From Squalus acanthias (taxonomy: Eukaryota): 64,000 nt of DNA. Shown here in pieces: positions 36,781 to 49,977 of this stretch. The stretch is taken from assembly GCA_030390025.1 (NCBI GenBank), contig JASTWF010000036.1, forward strand, positions 310,001 to 374,000, in the 5' to 3' direction. Under the pieces are notes generated by a model, which had not been told where the DNA came from, made no database searches, and saw only the letters and a program-made list of their open reading frames with translations. Both the position numbers and the translations under genes were made by a program. Positions within the stretch are counted from its first letter, which is position 1. Every line of letters begins with the position of its first letter.

Positions 36781-37254
36781 GGGGGAGCCAGTGTGGTGCA
36801 GAATAAGCGGGGCGGCCGAAGGCAGGCTTGGTGCGAGCCAGGAGGCGGGGCCAGAGTACGGCTACCACACGTGTAGCGCAGGAGAGGAGCGCTGGGAGCG
36901 ACACGAAGACCCGCAGTTAATCGAGACAGGTGGGGGGGCGCCAAAAGGTTTAATCGTCGACGACAATGCAACAAACCCATCTCACTGCTATCCGTCAGCA
37001 AGTACCCGTTATCTTAAAAGCATCATTAAAACACTCTTTACACGCAGCACTTTCATGTTCCGAGTATTATAACTTAGATGGGGGTTGGGGGGAGGGGCGG
37101 GGTTAGTGATCACTGATCGATTTGAAAAGGGATCCTTCAACACAAGAGGTTTGTGAATGACATTAACGCTGGGAGACACACAGGGGGAAGTGATCACCTG
37201 AATCAGGAGACCCACAACCACAAAATGGAAATTTAAACTCCATAATCCCGTTTA

Positions 37255-38240
37255 CATAAGAACATAAGAAACAGGAGCAGGAGTCGGCCGTACGGCCCCT
37301 CGAGCCTGCTCCGCCATTCAATAAGATCATGGCTGATCATCGACCTCAAACTCCACTTTCCCGCCCGATCTCCATATCCCTCGATTCCCCTAGAGTCCAA
37401 AAATCTATCGCTCTCAGCCTTGAATATACTCAACGACTGAGCCTCCACAGCCCTCTGGGGTAGAGAATTCCAAAGATTCACCACCTTCCGAGTGAAGAAA
37501 TTTCTCCTCATCTCGGTCCTAAATGGCTGACCCCTTATCCTGAGACTGTGACCCCTGGTTCTAGACTCTCCAGCCAGGGGGAAACAGCCTCTCAGCATCT
37601 ACCCTGTCAATCCCCTTCAGAATCTTGTATGTTTCAATGAGATCACCTCTCATTCTTCTAAACTCCAGAGAGTATCGGCCCATTCTACACAATCTCTCCT
37701 CATAGGACAGCCCTCTCATCCCAGGAATCAGTCTAGTGAACCTTCGTTGCGCCGCCTCCAAGGCAAGTATGTCCTTCCTTAGATAAGGAGACCAAAACTG
37801 TGCACAATACTCCAGGTGTGGTCTCACCAAGGCCCTGTACAATTGTAGCAAGACTTCCTTACTCTTATACTCCAACCCCCTTGCAATAAAGGCCAACATG
37901 CCAGTTGTTTCCACTTGTGGGGGAGACCAGAACTAGGGGGCCATCAATATAAGATAGTCACTAATAAATCCAATGGGGAATTCAGGAGAAACTTCTTTAC
38001 CCAGAGAGTGGTGAGAATGTGGAACTCGCTACCACAGGGAGTGGTTGAGGCGAATAGCGTAGACGCATTGAAGGGGGAAGCTGGATACACACACGAGGGA
38101 GAAAGGAATAGAAGGATATGGTGATAGGGTGAGATGGAGTAGGGGTGGGGAGGAGGCTCGTACGGAGCATAAACCCCGGCACGGACACGTTGAGCCGAAT
38201 GGCCTGGTTCTGTGCTGCACATTCTGTGCGATTCTATGTA
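37255..38240. mobile_element. Head-to-head CR1-like fragments (37255-37902 minus; 37905-38240 plus)
   Basis: ORF2 C-terminal peptides and tails on opposite strands. Confidence 0.87.
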
Positions 38241-39424
38241 TGGCAATAATTAGCTTTATTCCACTGCTGAATGGCCAAAACAAGTAATCCGAGCTCTGAT
38301 CTGATGGTCAACAGCAGTGCGACGAGGCTGTGGTTGACCCTGTTTCGCAAGCACAGCGCTGCTAACCAGTCCTGCTCTGTTAGAGAAACCATAAATCAAG
38401 TTTTTCTGTTCCCAAATCCACTGGGGAAGGCATGGGGTGACTGGGAGGGCAGCAACCATTTCCAACACACACACACACACTCACTCACTCACACTCACTT
38501 AAATCCAACATCTGACTGCAGACGGTGTCCGGAAAAATTCAGATAATTCAAGAGGGGATACAGGCGGTGGCGAGGTGGGGGGGGGGGCAATAGGATTTGA
38601 TTTCCACTCCACGCAGTTAACAAAAGCAAGCGTTGAGCAACTCTTCACACAGAGCCAAGATGACATGTTTATTGAAGAGATATTTCGCTCGACGCTTTCT
38701 TCCTGGCTGCAGGCCAGTCGCGTAAAAGGCAACAGATCTGATCGCTTCGCAAGGGACGGAGAGCAGATTGAGACCGGGACAAAATGTTTGACAAGGTCCA
38801 ATAAAAACAAGTGCCGGATTAACAGGCTGTGCCCGCCCCCCACTCCGCTTCGACACAGTTATGAAGCAACATTGGCTGCCGGCCAAGATCTAAGCTGGCA
38901 GGGAGTAGAAAAAACAATATCACAATTGGTTTGGCTAGCGTTAAAATTGTACTGTTAACCAGAGGGAGGGTGGAGGGTGGGGGGGGGGGGGGGGGGGAGA
39001 ACCGTCAGCCACGTTTTATACTGATCTCGTGCCATCAGTTCCCGCTAGACGAGTCGCTCACAGTTGACGGCAACTCCAGATTTGCCACGAGTTGTTGTGA
39101 CCTGGAACGCGCTGCCTGAAAGAAGATTCAACAGTAACTTTCAAAAGGGGAATTGGATAAATACTTAAAATGGAAAAATTTGCAGAGCTACGGGGGAGAG
39201 AGCAGTTGCGGGAGGGAGTGGGACTATTTGGTTAGCTCTTTCAGGAGAGCCAGCACAGGCACGATGGGCCGAATGAGCTCCTTCTGTACTGTATGATTCC
39301 AGCATTGCAAAAGACCCCACACCCACATTCAAAACATTTAAAATTTACCTCCCAGGCAGCAGAGCACTGCTCATGTATATGCATGTCGGTGCAGAGCTCC
39401 CTCGCGGCGGTGGCAGTGTGACTC

Positions 39425-40372
39425 GCCACACTGTCGGAGGGGCGGTGCTGAGGGAGCGCCGCACTGTCGGAGGGGCGGTGCTGAGGGAGCGCCGCACTGT
39501 CGGAGGGGCGGTGCGGAGGGAGCGCCGCACTGTCGGAGGGGCGGTGCTGAGGGAGCGCCGCACTGTCGGAGGGGCGGTGCTGAGGGAGCGCCGCACTGTC
39601 GGCGGGGCGGTGCTGAGGGAGCGCCGCACTGTCGGAGGGGCGGTGCTGAGGGAGTGCCGCACTGTCGGAGGGGCGGTGCTGAGGGAGCGCCGCACTGTCC
39701 CTATCTCTGTAACCTCCTCCAGCCCCCCTCCCTCCCTATCTCTGTAACCTCCTCCAGCCCCCTCCCTCCCTATCTCTGTAACCTCCTCCAGCCCCTACAA
39801 CCCTCCCTATCTCTGTAACCTCCTCCAGCCCCCTACAACCCTCCCTATCTCTGCAACCACCTCCAGCCCTCTACAACCCTCCCTATCTCTGTAACCTCCT
39901 CCAGCCCCTACAACCCTCCCTATCTCTGTAACCTCCTGCAGCCCCTACAACCCTCCCTATCTCTGTAACCTCCTCCAGCCCCTACAACCCTCCCTATCTC
40001 TGTAACCTCCTCCAGCCCACTACAACCCTCCCTATCTCTGTAACCTCCTCCAGCCCTCTACAACCCTCCCCATCTCTGTAACCTCCTCCAGCCCCCGACA
40101 ACCCTCCCTATCTCTGTAACCTCCTCCAGCCCCCTACAACCCCACCGCCCTCCCTCCCCCCACCCAGAGATCTCTGCGCTCCTCCAATTCTGGCCTCTCA
40201 CGCATTCCCCCCCGATTTCCATTGCTCCACCATTGGTGGCCGTGCCTTCAGCCGCCTGGGCCCCAAGCTCTGGAATTCCCTCCCTTAAACTCTCCTCCTC
40301 TCTCTCTGCTCCTTTGAGACGCTCCCTAAAACCTACCTCTTTGACCAAGCTTTCGGTCGCCTGTCCTAATAT
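39425..40372 (+). repeat. 33 bp SINE array fused directly to a 36-38 bp L2 array and L2-like 3' end
   Basis: ...gagcgccgcactgtc|cctatctctgtaacc... at ~39699. Confidence 0.9.
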
Positions 40373-40375
40373 CAT

Positions 40376-42130
40376 GGGTACGGTAGCATAGTGGTCGTTA
40401 CTGGGCTAGTAATCCTGAGACGCGAGTTCAAATCCTAACAACGCCAGCTGGGGGAATTTAAATTCAGTTAATTAAATAAATCGGATTGTCGTAAAAACCC
40501 ATCTGGTTTACCAATGTCCTTTTTAAAATTCTCATCCTTGTTTTCAAATCCCTCCATGGCCTCGCCGCTCTCCATCTCTGTAATCTCCTTCAGCCCCACA
40601 ACCCACCACCAAGAGATATCTGCGCTCCTCTAATTCTGCCCTCTAATCCCTGATTATAAATCGCTCAACCATTGGCGGCCGTGCCTTCTGTTGCCTGGGC
40701 CCCAAGCTCTGGAATTCCCTCCCTAAACCTCTCCGCCTCTCTCTCTCCTCCTTTAAGACGCTCCTTAAAACCTCCCTCTTTGACCAAGCTTCACATAGAA
40801 GATAGGAGCAGGAGTAGGCCATTCGGCCCCTCGAGCCTGCTCCACCATTTAATGAGATCATGGCTGATCATCCAAATACAGTACCCTATCCCTGCTTTCT
40901 CCCCATATCCCTTGATCCCTTTAGTCTTAAGAAATATATCGAACTCCTTCTTGAATATATCTAATGAATTGGCCTCAACTGCCTTCTGTGGTAGAGAATT
41001 CCACAGGTTCACCACTCTCTGGGTGAAGAAATTCCTCCTCATCTCAGTCCTAAATGGCTTACCCCTTATCCTTAGACTGTGACCCCTGGTTCTGGACTCC
41101 CCCGCCATCAGGAACATCCTTCCTGCATCTAGTCTGTCTAGTCCTGTTAGAATTTTATAAGTTTCAATGAGATCCCTTCTCATTCTTCTAAACTCTAGCG
41201 AATACAAGCCCAATCGACCCAATCTCTGTTCATACGTCATTCCTGCCATCCCAGGTATCAGTCTGGTGAATCTTCACTGCACTCCCTCCATGGCAAGAAC
41301 ATCCTTCCTCAGATAAGGCGACCAAAACTGCACACAATACTCAAGGTGTGGTCTCACCAAGGCCCTGTACAACTGCAGCACGACATCCTTGTTCCTGTAC
41401 TCGAATCTTCTGGCTATGAAGGCCAACATACCATTTGCCTTCTTAACCGCCTGCTACACCTGCATGCTTACCTTCAGCGACTGGTGCACAAGGACACCCA
41501 GGTCTCGTTGCACTTCCCCTTTTCCCAATCTATTGCCGTTCAGATAATAATCTGCCTTCCTGTTTTTGCCACCAAAGTGGATAACCTCGCATTTATCCAC
41601 ATTATACTGCATCTGCCATGCATCTGCCCAATCACCCAACCTGTCCAAAGCATACTGGAGTTTCTCTGCATCCTCCTCACAGCACACACGCCCACCCAGC
41701 TTTGTCTCATCTGCAAACTTGATATTACATCTAGTTCCCTCGTCTAGATCATTAATATATATTGTGAATAGCTGGGGTCCTAGCACCAATCCCTGCGGTA
41801 CCCCACTAGTCACTGCCTGCCACTCGGCAAAAGACCCATTTATTCCAACTTTTGGTCACCTGTCCCAATATCTCCTGATGTGGCTCGGTGTCAAATTATT
41901 TTTTCATCTTTTATTACTCCTGTGAAACGCCTTGGGACGTTTTACTACGTTAAAGGCGCTATGTAAATACAAGTTGTTGTGGCAGGAAATCTGCCGTCCT
42001 TACCCGGTCTGGCCCATATGTGACTCCAGACCCCACAGCAAGGCGGCTGACTCTTAACTGCCCTCTGAAATGGCCCAGCAAGACACTCATTTGTCGAGGG
42101 CAATAAATGCTGGATTTCCCAGCATTGAAT
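40376..42130 (+). mobile_element. tRNA-derived SINE split by an L2-like fragment, itself split by a CR1
   Basis: SINE 40376-40522 plus 41981-42130; L2-like 40523-40792 plus 41851-41980; CR1 (minus, GVPQGLVLGP/KFADE) 40793-41850. Confidence 0.8.
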
Positions 42131-42689
42131 TAATTATTTTTTTTTAAATATCTTTGTGGCTCAGGGTCAGATTTACGCTCCTGTGAAGTGCCTTGGGGCG
42201 TTACAGGCATGGTCGGGAAGTTGAAGGGAAATAATTATTTCGAATAGGGAATCCGTGCCAGGAAGAGGTTACGAGCGTTGAGTGACGGGATGGGGCGGTA
42301 TTTTACCGAGGAGGGGGGGAATGGTAATCTTCCCCAGGTCGGTACTGAAAGGCCCAATCGACGGGGGCAACCGGTTAGGGGTCAAGTGAAACCATCTGGG
42401 TTATCTGCATAACCACAGAACACCCAGCAGATTAACAAGCACATCAACCTCCTGCCAAATGTCTGTGCCCCAGCACCGATTAGGATCTATTAGAAACCAC
42501 ATATATTAAGAATGGGAGTCACTGCTGACTCACTGGACTCCCGGATCAAGAACTGTCAAAACAGTAACACTTCATTATTGAGAAAGCTGGGCCGAATCCA
42601 GGTTTTTTTTTCTCCAATGCTCCTCTAATACTTTCCACCTTCCTGAAGGTGTCGACTCCTGCCCGAAAGCCAAGTGGCCACTCTCCAAG

Positions 42690-44072
42690 TGTGGCCCAGT
42701 GGGCAGCGCCCGCTCGCCTCCGAGTCAGAAGGGCGTGAGTTCGAGTCCCACGCCAGAGACTTGAGCACGTAATCTCGGCCGACTGAGGGAGCGCCGCACT
42801 GTTGGAGGGGCGGCACTGAGGGAGCGCAGCACTGTCGGAGGGGCGGCACTGAGGGAGCGCCGCACTGTGGGAGGGGCAGTACTGAGGGAGCGCCGCACTG
42901 TCGGAGGGGCAGTACTGAGGGAGCGCGGCACTGTCGGAGGGGCAGTACTGAGGGAGCGCCGCACTGTCGGAGGGGCGGCGCTGAGGGAGCGCGGCACTGT
43001 CGGAGGGGAGGCGCTGAGGGAGGGAGGCGCTGAGGGAGCGCCGCACTGTCGGAGGGGCGGCACTGAGGGAGCGCCGCACTGTCGGAGGGGCGGCACTAAG
43101 GGAGCACCGCACTGTTGGAGGGGCAGCACTGAGGGAGCGCGGCACTGTCGGAGGGGAGGCGCTGAGGGAGGGAGGCGCTGAGGGAGCGCCGCACTGTCGG
43201 AGGGGCGGCACTGAGGGAGCGCCGCACTGTCGGAGGGGCGGCACTGAGGGAGCGCCGCACTGTCGGAGGGGCGGCACTGAGGGAGCGCCGCACTGTCGGA
43301 GGGGCGGCACTGAGGGAGCACCGCACTGTCGGAGGGGCGGCACTGAGGGAGCACCGCACTGTCGGAGGGGCGGCACTGAGGGAGGGCCGCACTGTCGGAG
43401 GGGCGGCACTGAGGGAGCCCCGCACTGTCGAAGGGGTGGCACTGAGGGAGCGCCGCACTGTCAGAGGGGCAGTACTGAGGGAGCGCCGCACTGTCGGAGG
43501 GGCGGTACTGAGGGAGGGCCGCACTGTGGGAGGGGCAGTGCTGAGGGAGCGCCGCACTGACGGAGGGGCAGTACTGAGGGAGCGCCGCACTGACGGAGGG
43601 GCAGCACTGAGGGAGCGCCGCACTGTGGGAGGGGCGGCACTGAGGGAGCGCCGCACTGTGGGAGGGGCAGCGCCGCACTGTCGGAGCTGAGGGAGCGCTG
43701 CATTGACGGAGGGGCGGCACTGAGGGAGCGCCGCACTGTGAGAGGGGCGGCACTGAGGGAGCGTCGCACTGTCGGAGGGGCAGCACTGAGGGAGCGCCGC
43801 ACTGTCGGAGGGGCGGCACTGAGGGAGCGCTGCATGGTCAGCGGGGAGGCACTGAGGGAGCGCCGCACTGTCGGAGGTGCCGTCTGCCCTCTCGGGTGGA
43901 TGTAAAGGATCCCGCGGCCACTATTTTGAAGTTCTCCCCAGTGTCCTGGGGCCAATAATTATCCCTCGGCCAACATCACTAAAGAAAAAACTTAACTGGT
44001 CAATTAGCTGATTGCTGTTGGTGGGAGCTTGCTGTGTGCAAATTAGCTGCTGCGTTCCCTACATTACAACAG
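42690..44072 (+). mobile_element. DeuSINE with ~1.1 kb 33 bp array
   Basis: tggcccagtgg...gagtcagaagg...gttcgagtccc head, array 42782-43875, body. Confidence 0.9.
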
Positions 44073-44404
44073 CTGAGCTGACATTACTAGAGTGCCTTCA
44101 AAACAAGAGACGCATCAAGATTTAAAAACTGAGAAAATATTTTTTAAAAAACACATCTTTCCTTTAAGTTGATCAGTAAAGACCAGTTACTCAGTCTGTA
44201 AGATATTCAGTCAAACAGGTGGCTTGGGCAGTGGTCAGCGGGTCAGCACGCAATCCCTCAGCAGCTGGACTTGAAAGGAATGATATTGTCAGAGAGTTTG
44301 GATCATCTCTGTTTGTGCAGCACAATGGCCGTCTCTCTTGGCAGTGCAACAACAAATCACTATGTGAAGCGCTTTAACATACGGAAAACATAATAAGTCG
44401 CTTG

Positions 44405-44872
44405 ATGTCAGCCATGGCTCAGCTGGTAGCAGAAGGCTGTGCGCTCAAGTCGCTCTCCAGAGATTCAAGCACAAAATCCTGTCCTCCAGTGCTGAGGGAG
44501 CGGCGCGCTGTCGGAGGGGCAGTACCGAGGGAGCGCAGCACTGTCGGAGGGACGGTACTGAGGGAGCGCCGCACTGTCGGAGGGACGGTACTGAGGGAGC
44601 GCCGCACTGTCGGAGGGGCGGGACTGAGGGAGCGCCGCACTGTCGGAGGGACGGTACCGAGGGAGCGCCGCACTGTCGGAGGGGCCGTACTGAGGGAGCG
44701 CCGCACTGTCGGAGGGGCCGTACTGAGGGAGCGCCACACTGTCGGGGGGGCCGTACTGAGGGAGCGCCGCACTGTCGGGGGGGCCGTACTGAGGGAGCGC
44801 CGCACTGTCGGAGGCCCTGTCTGCCCCTCAGGTGGACGTAAAAGTTCCCACAGCCTCTATTGGAAGAGTAGG
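44405..44872 (+). mobile_element. Truncated DeuSINE with 33 bp array
   Basis: gtcagccatggctcag head and ~10 units. Confidence 0.85.
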
Positions 44873-44874
44873 GG

Positions 44875-45930
44875 AGTTACCTGAACTGAGAGGATATACA
44901 TATCAGGAGAGACTGAACAGGTTGGGGCTCTTTTCTCTAGAAAAGAGAAGGCTGAGGAGTGACCTGATAGAGGGCTTTAAAATTATGAAGGGTTTCGGGA
45001 GAGTAGACAACTTGTAGGGGAGACCAGAACTCGGAGGCCATAAATATAAGACAGTCACTAATAAATCCAACGGGGAATTCAGGAGAAACTTCTTTACCCA
45101 GAGAGTGGGGAGAATGTGGAACTCGCTACCACAGGGAGTGGTTGAGGCGAATAGCGTAGATGCATTGAAGGGGGAAGCTGGATAAACACATGAGGGAGAA
45201 GGGAATAGAAGGTTATGGTGATAGGGGGAGATGAAGTAGGGGTGGGAGGAGGCTCGTGTGGAGCATAAACACCGGCACGGACCAGTTGGTCCAAATGGCC
45301 TGTTTCTGCCCTGTAGACTCTATGTACCTCTCTCTGGCCACGCTGTGGGTTGCTAGCACCCTATAGGTATGGTGTACTTGAAGCTCAAGATCCCATATGC
45401 TTTGCTAACCACTCTCTCAATATGTCCCGCCACCTTCAGGGACCTATGCACATTAACTCCCAGGTCCCTCTGTCCCTGCACACTCTTTAAAACTGTGCCA
45501 TTGAGTGTAGATTGCCTCTCCCTGTGCCTTCTGCCAAAATGCATCACCTCACACTTCTCTGTATTAAATTCTATCTGCCACTTGTCTGCCCATTCTGCTA
45601 GCCTTTATATGTCCTGTTGCAGTCGATTGGTATCACCATCACTGTTTGCCACACCCCCAAGTTTGGTGTCATCGGCAAATTTAGAAATTCTACTCTGTAT
45701 TCCAATATCCAGGTCATTTATATACATCAAAATAAGCAGTGGGCCCCAGCACTGACCCTTGGGGAACACCACTGTCTACCATCCTCCAGTCTGAAAAACA
45801 GCCATTTACCACAACTCGCTGTTTTCTGTCCTTAAGCCAATTCCTTATCCAAGCTGACACTGACCCACCTATTCCATGAGCCTCAATTTTGTTAATCAGC
45901 CTTCTAATGTGGTACTTTGTCAAACCCCTT
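44875..45930. mobile_element. Tail-to-tail CR1-like fragments (44875-45325 plus; 45380-45930 minus)
   Basis: RRLRSDLIE and tail on plus; WIRNWLKDRKQRVVVNG...GVPQGSVLGP on minus. Confidence 0.87.
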
Positions 45931-46176
45931 CCGAAAATCTTGAAGCTTCCCCCCCACCACCCCAGCCACCGTCACTAACTTTCAAACGAGGTCCTGGGAT
46001 GTTGGCACTCGTGGTCAGATAAAATTCCTATATTGGCAAAAGCGTATCAAACAACAGGTCGACGCCCAGGCTCAATCCTCCACGACGGAGGGGAAGGTAT
46101 TTCATGCAGCCCCGTCAAAGCAGGTGTCTGCCGCTGTCCCACGGGGTCACTGCAAGTCTGATGCAAACATCTACAA

Positions 46177-46494
46177 CACAGAATCACAGAATCCCCACAG
46201 TGCAGATAGAGGCCATTTCGGCCCATCGAGCCTGCACCGACACATATCCCACCCGATCCCCGTAACCCCACGTATTTAATCCCCCTAACACTAAGGGTCA
46301 ATTTATCATAGCCAAATCAACCTAACCCGCACATCTTTGGACTGTGGGAGGAAACCGGAGCACCCGGAGGAAACCCACGCAGACACGGGGAGAATGTGCA
46401 AACTCCACACAGACAGTCACCCGAGGCTGGATTCGAACCCGGGTCCCTGGCGCTGTGAGGCAACAGTGCTAACCACTATGCCACCGTGTTGCCC
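46177..46494 (-). mobile_element. HE1-like V-SINE
   Basis: Reverse complement: tRNA head ggtggcatagtggttagc...gggttcgaatcc, V-domain ctgtgtggagtttgcacattctccccgtgtctgcgtgggtttcctccgggtgctccggtttcctcccacagtccaaaga, CR1-type tail (gattctgt)n. Confidence 0.9.
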
Positions 46495-46714
46495 TGCCAA
46501 TCGCCAGATCCCTTGGTATTTTGCACGTTGCATTTGCATTTGACGTCGCAATATTTCTCAAGACCTCTCGAGTCACTAAACTTAAAACAATGTTAATTCT
46601 GGCAAAACGCAAGCAACAGGGGGGGGGGGAAAAGTAGTCATGTGAGGCGCAGCAACACACTTGGCCCCACCGAGTGAAAGCTGCAATGTTAAGTGTACTA
46701 TTTATTCCCTTGCA

Positions 46715-47345
46715 TTTACACAGCGCTTTTAACGTAGTAAAACATCCCAGGAGTGTAAATCAGACAAACTGTGACGCCAAGCCACATAAGGAGATATGAG
46801 GACAGGTGACCAAAAGCTTGGTCGAAGAGGGAGGTTTTAAGGAGCGTCTTAAAGGAGCAGGGTATAGGGAGGGAATTCCAGAGCTTTAGGCCCGGGCAGC
46901 TGAAGGCACGGCCGCCAATGGTGGAGCGATGGAAATCGGGGGGGGGGGGGGGGGGGCGGCAGATGCACAAGAGGGCGGAATTGGAGGAGCGCAGAGATCT
47001 CGTAAGGACTGTAGGGGCTGGAAGAAGTTACAGAGATGGGGAGGGTTGTAGGGGCTGGAGGAGGTTACAGAGATAGCGAGGGTTGTAGGGGGCTGGAGGA
47101 GGTTACAGAGATAGGGAGGGTTGTAGGGGGCTGGAGGAGTTTACAGAGATAGGGAGGGTTGTAGGGGGCTGGAGGAGGTTACAGAGATAGGGAGGGTTGT
47201 AGGGGCTGGAGGAGGTTACAGAGATAGGGAGGGTTGTAGGGGGCTGGAGGAGGTTACAGAGATAGGGAGGGTTGTAGGGGGCTGGAGGAGGTTAAAGAGA
47301 GATGGAGGGTTGTAGGGGGCTGGAGGAGGTTACAGAGATCGGGAG
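46715..47345 (-). repeat. L2-like 3' end with 36-38 bp array (~47005-47345)
   Basis: gggagggttgtagggggctggaggaggttacagagata tandem adjoining L2-like tail. Confidence 0.88.
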
Positions 47346-48636
47346 AGTTGAAGGCAACGTTTCCCCCCCCCATAGGCGCGCGAGGCGATCGGGAGGTCCC
47401 GCGCAGGCCGCTCACCAACTGTTGTCGCTGGAAAAGATAAAGCGCAGAAAATTTAAAGGGGGTCGCGCAGGAATAAAAATAACGAGAGGGAGCATTGGTT
47501 GTCGGGGCTGGTGCAGGTTAGAGAGACGGGGAGCGGGGTGGCGAGGAGGCAGTGGAGGGACTGGAACACAAGGATGAGAATTGTAAAACAAAGCCGTAGA
47601 TCGGCGAGCACAAACTGGGGCGGGCGGGCGGGCGATGATGGGCGAACGGCGATGTAGGATACGGGGCAGGGGACTTTCGGATAAACTGAAGTAGACGACC
47701 ATAAGCACAACTTGGGTTCTGAATGATTTCCTGATCAAAAAATAAAAGCAGCTCCCCCCGACAGGTTTAATTAAAAAACAAAACCTCAGGCAGAATACGC
47801 TCCAACGCACCGACCACCAGCGCATGCACGCATTCGGTCCCCGTGGGTGTCTTGCGAGACTGGCAACGGAGCGGGGCAGTTCTCAGTGAGGCGGGGAGGC
47901 CAATGCTGCAAAGACCACGCTGTCCTGTACATTAACCACATGTGGCTCATTGGGAATCCAGATGTGGATCAGTTGCATTTAGAATCATACAATCTTAGAG
48001 CACAGGAGGAGGCCCTTCAGCCCATCATGCCTGTGCCGGCTCTTTGAAAGACTATAGAATTCCACAGCACAGAGACAGGCCATTCGGCCCAACTGGTCCG
48101 TGCCGGTGTTTCTGCTCCACACGAGCCTCCTCCCCACCCCTACTCCATCTCACCCTATCAGCATATCCTTCTATTCCTTTCTCCCTCGTGTGTTTATCCA
48201 GCTTCCCCTGAAAATGCATCTCCGCTATTCGCCTCAACCACTCCCTGTGGTAGCGAGTTCCACACTCTCACCACTCTCTGGGTGAAGAAGTTTCTCCTGA
48301 ATTCCCCATTGGATTTATTAGTGACCATCTTATATTGATGGCCCCTAGTTCTGGTCTCTTGCCCAGCAATGGAAACATCTTCTCTACGTCTACCCGATCG
48401 AAACCCCTTCATAATTTTGAAGACCTCTATCAGGTCACCTCTCAGTCTTCTCTTTTCTAGAGAAAAGAGCCCCAGCCTGTTCAGTCTTTGATCCCCCTAA
48501 AGGCAACCATCGACCCTCTCGTTTATCCTCCTCCTCCTCCGCCCCCAAACAGGGTCAGACCCATTTCACCCAAGGCTGTTAAAGGTCAGGGGTCGCGCTC
48601 AAAACCCCTCAAAGGAAATCTCACTTCAACGTACAT

Positions 48637-49380
48637 AGGAACAGGAGGAGGCCATTCAGCCCCCTCGAGCCTGTTACATTAGGAACAGGAGGAGGCCATT
48701 CAGCCCTCGAGCCTGTTACATTAGGAACAGGAGGAGGCCATTCAGCCCCCCTCGAGCCTGTTACATTAGGAACAGGAGGAGGCTATTCAGCCCCTCGAGC
48801 CTGTTACATTAGGAACAGGAGGAGGCCATTCAGCCCCCCTCGAGCCTGTTACATTAGGAACAGGAGGAGGCCATTCAGCCCCCTCGAGCCTGTTACATTA
48901 GGAACAGGAGGAGGCCATTCAGCCCCCTCGAGCCTGTTACATTAGGAACAGGAGGAGGCCATTCAGCCCCCCTCGAGCCCTGTTATATTAGGAACAGGAG
49001 GAGGGCATTCAGCCCCTCGAGCCTGTTACATTAGGAACAGGAGGAGGCCATTCAGCCCCCCTCGAGCCTGTTACATTAGGAACAGGAGGAGTCCATTCAG
49101 CCCCTCGAGCCTGTTACATTAGGAACAGGAGGAGGCCATTCAGCCCCCCTCGAGCCTGCTACATAAGGAACAGGAGGAGGCCATTCACCCCCCTCGAGCC
49201 TGTTACACTAGGAACAGGAGGAGGCCATTCAGCCCCCCTCGAGCCTGTTACATTAGGAACAGGAGGAGGCCATTCACCCCCCCTCGAGCCTGTTACATTA
49301 GGAACAGGAGGAGGCCATTCAGCCCCTTCGAGCCTGTTCCACCATTCTATGGCTGATCTGCATCTTAACTCCATCTACCT
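48637..49380 (-). repeat. 43-45 bp CR1-tail minisatellite (~16 units)
   Basis: Same unit; repeated again at 50972-51710 across the gap. Confidence 0.9.
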
Positions 49381-49477
49381 GCTAGTATTTACAGTGCCCG
49401 TGTGTCCTGGAGATAGTGATTGATTAACACGGGCCTGTGATATCACTCCTTTAAGCAGGCCTCAAGGCGATCATTTT

Positions 49478-49977
49478 NNNNNNNNNNNNNNNNNNNNNNN
49501 NNNNNNNNNNNNNNNNNNNNNNNNNNNNNNNNNNNNNNNNNNNNNNNNNNNNNNNNNNNNNNNNNNNNNNNNNNNNNNNNNNNNNNNNNNNNNNNNNNNN
49601 NNNNNNNNNNNNNNNNNNNNNNNNNNNNNNNNNNNNNNNNNNNNNNNNNNNNNNNNNNNNNNNNNNNNNNNNNNNNNNNNNNNNNNNNNNNNNNNNNNNN
49701 NNNNNNNNNNNNNNNNNNNNNNNNNNNNNNNNNNNNNNNNNNNNNNNNNNNNNNNNNNNNNNNNNNNNNNNNNNNNNNNNNNNNNNNNNNNNNNNNNNNN
49801 NNNNNNNNNNNNNNNNNNNNNNNNNNNNNNNNNNNNNNNNNNNNNNNNNNNNNNNNNNNNNNNNNNNNNNNNNNNNNNNNNNNNNNNNNNNNNNNNNNNN
49901 NNNNNNNNNNNNNNNNNNNNNNNNNNNNNNNNNNNNNNNNNNNNNNNNNNNNNNNNNNNNNNNNNNNNNNNNNNNNN
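49478..49977. other. Assembly gap (500 N)
   Basis: Run of exactly 500 N. Confidence 1.

Noticed and set aside
35783..36904. 373 aa ORF
   Set aside because: Chance fusion of frameshifted RTE sequence and a CR1 fragment.
38250..38960. Repeat-free intronic stretches as possible conserved enhancers (also 31510-32100, 42200-42650)
   Set aside because: Cannot be supported without cross-species alignment or chromatin data.
46420..46494. tRNA-like sequences (also 32175, 40376, 62555)
   Set aside because: They are SINE heads running into SINE bodies, not complete cloverleaf genes.
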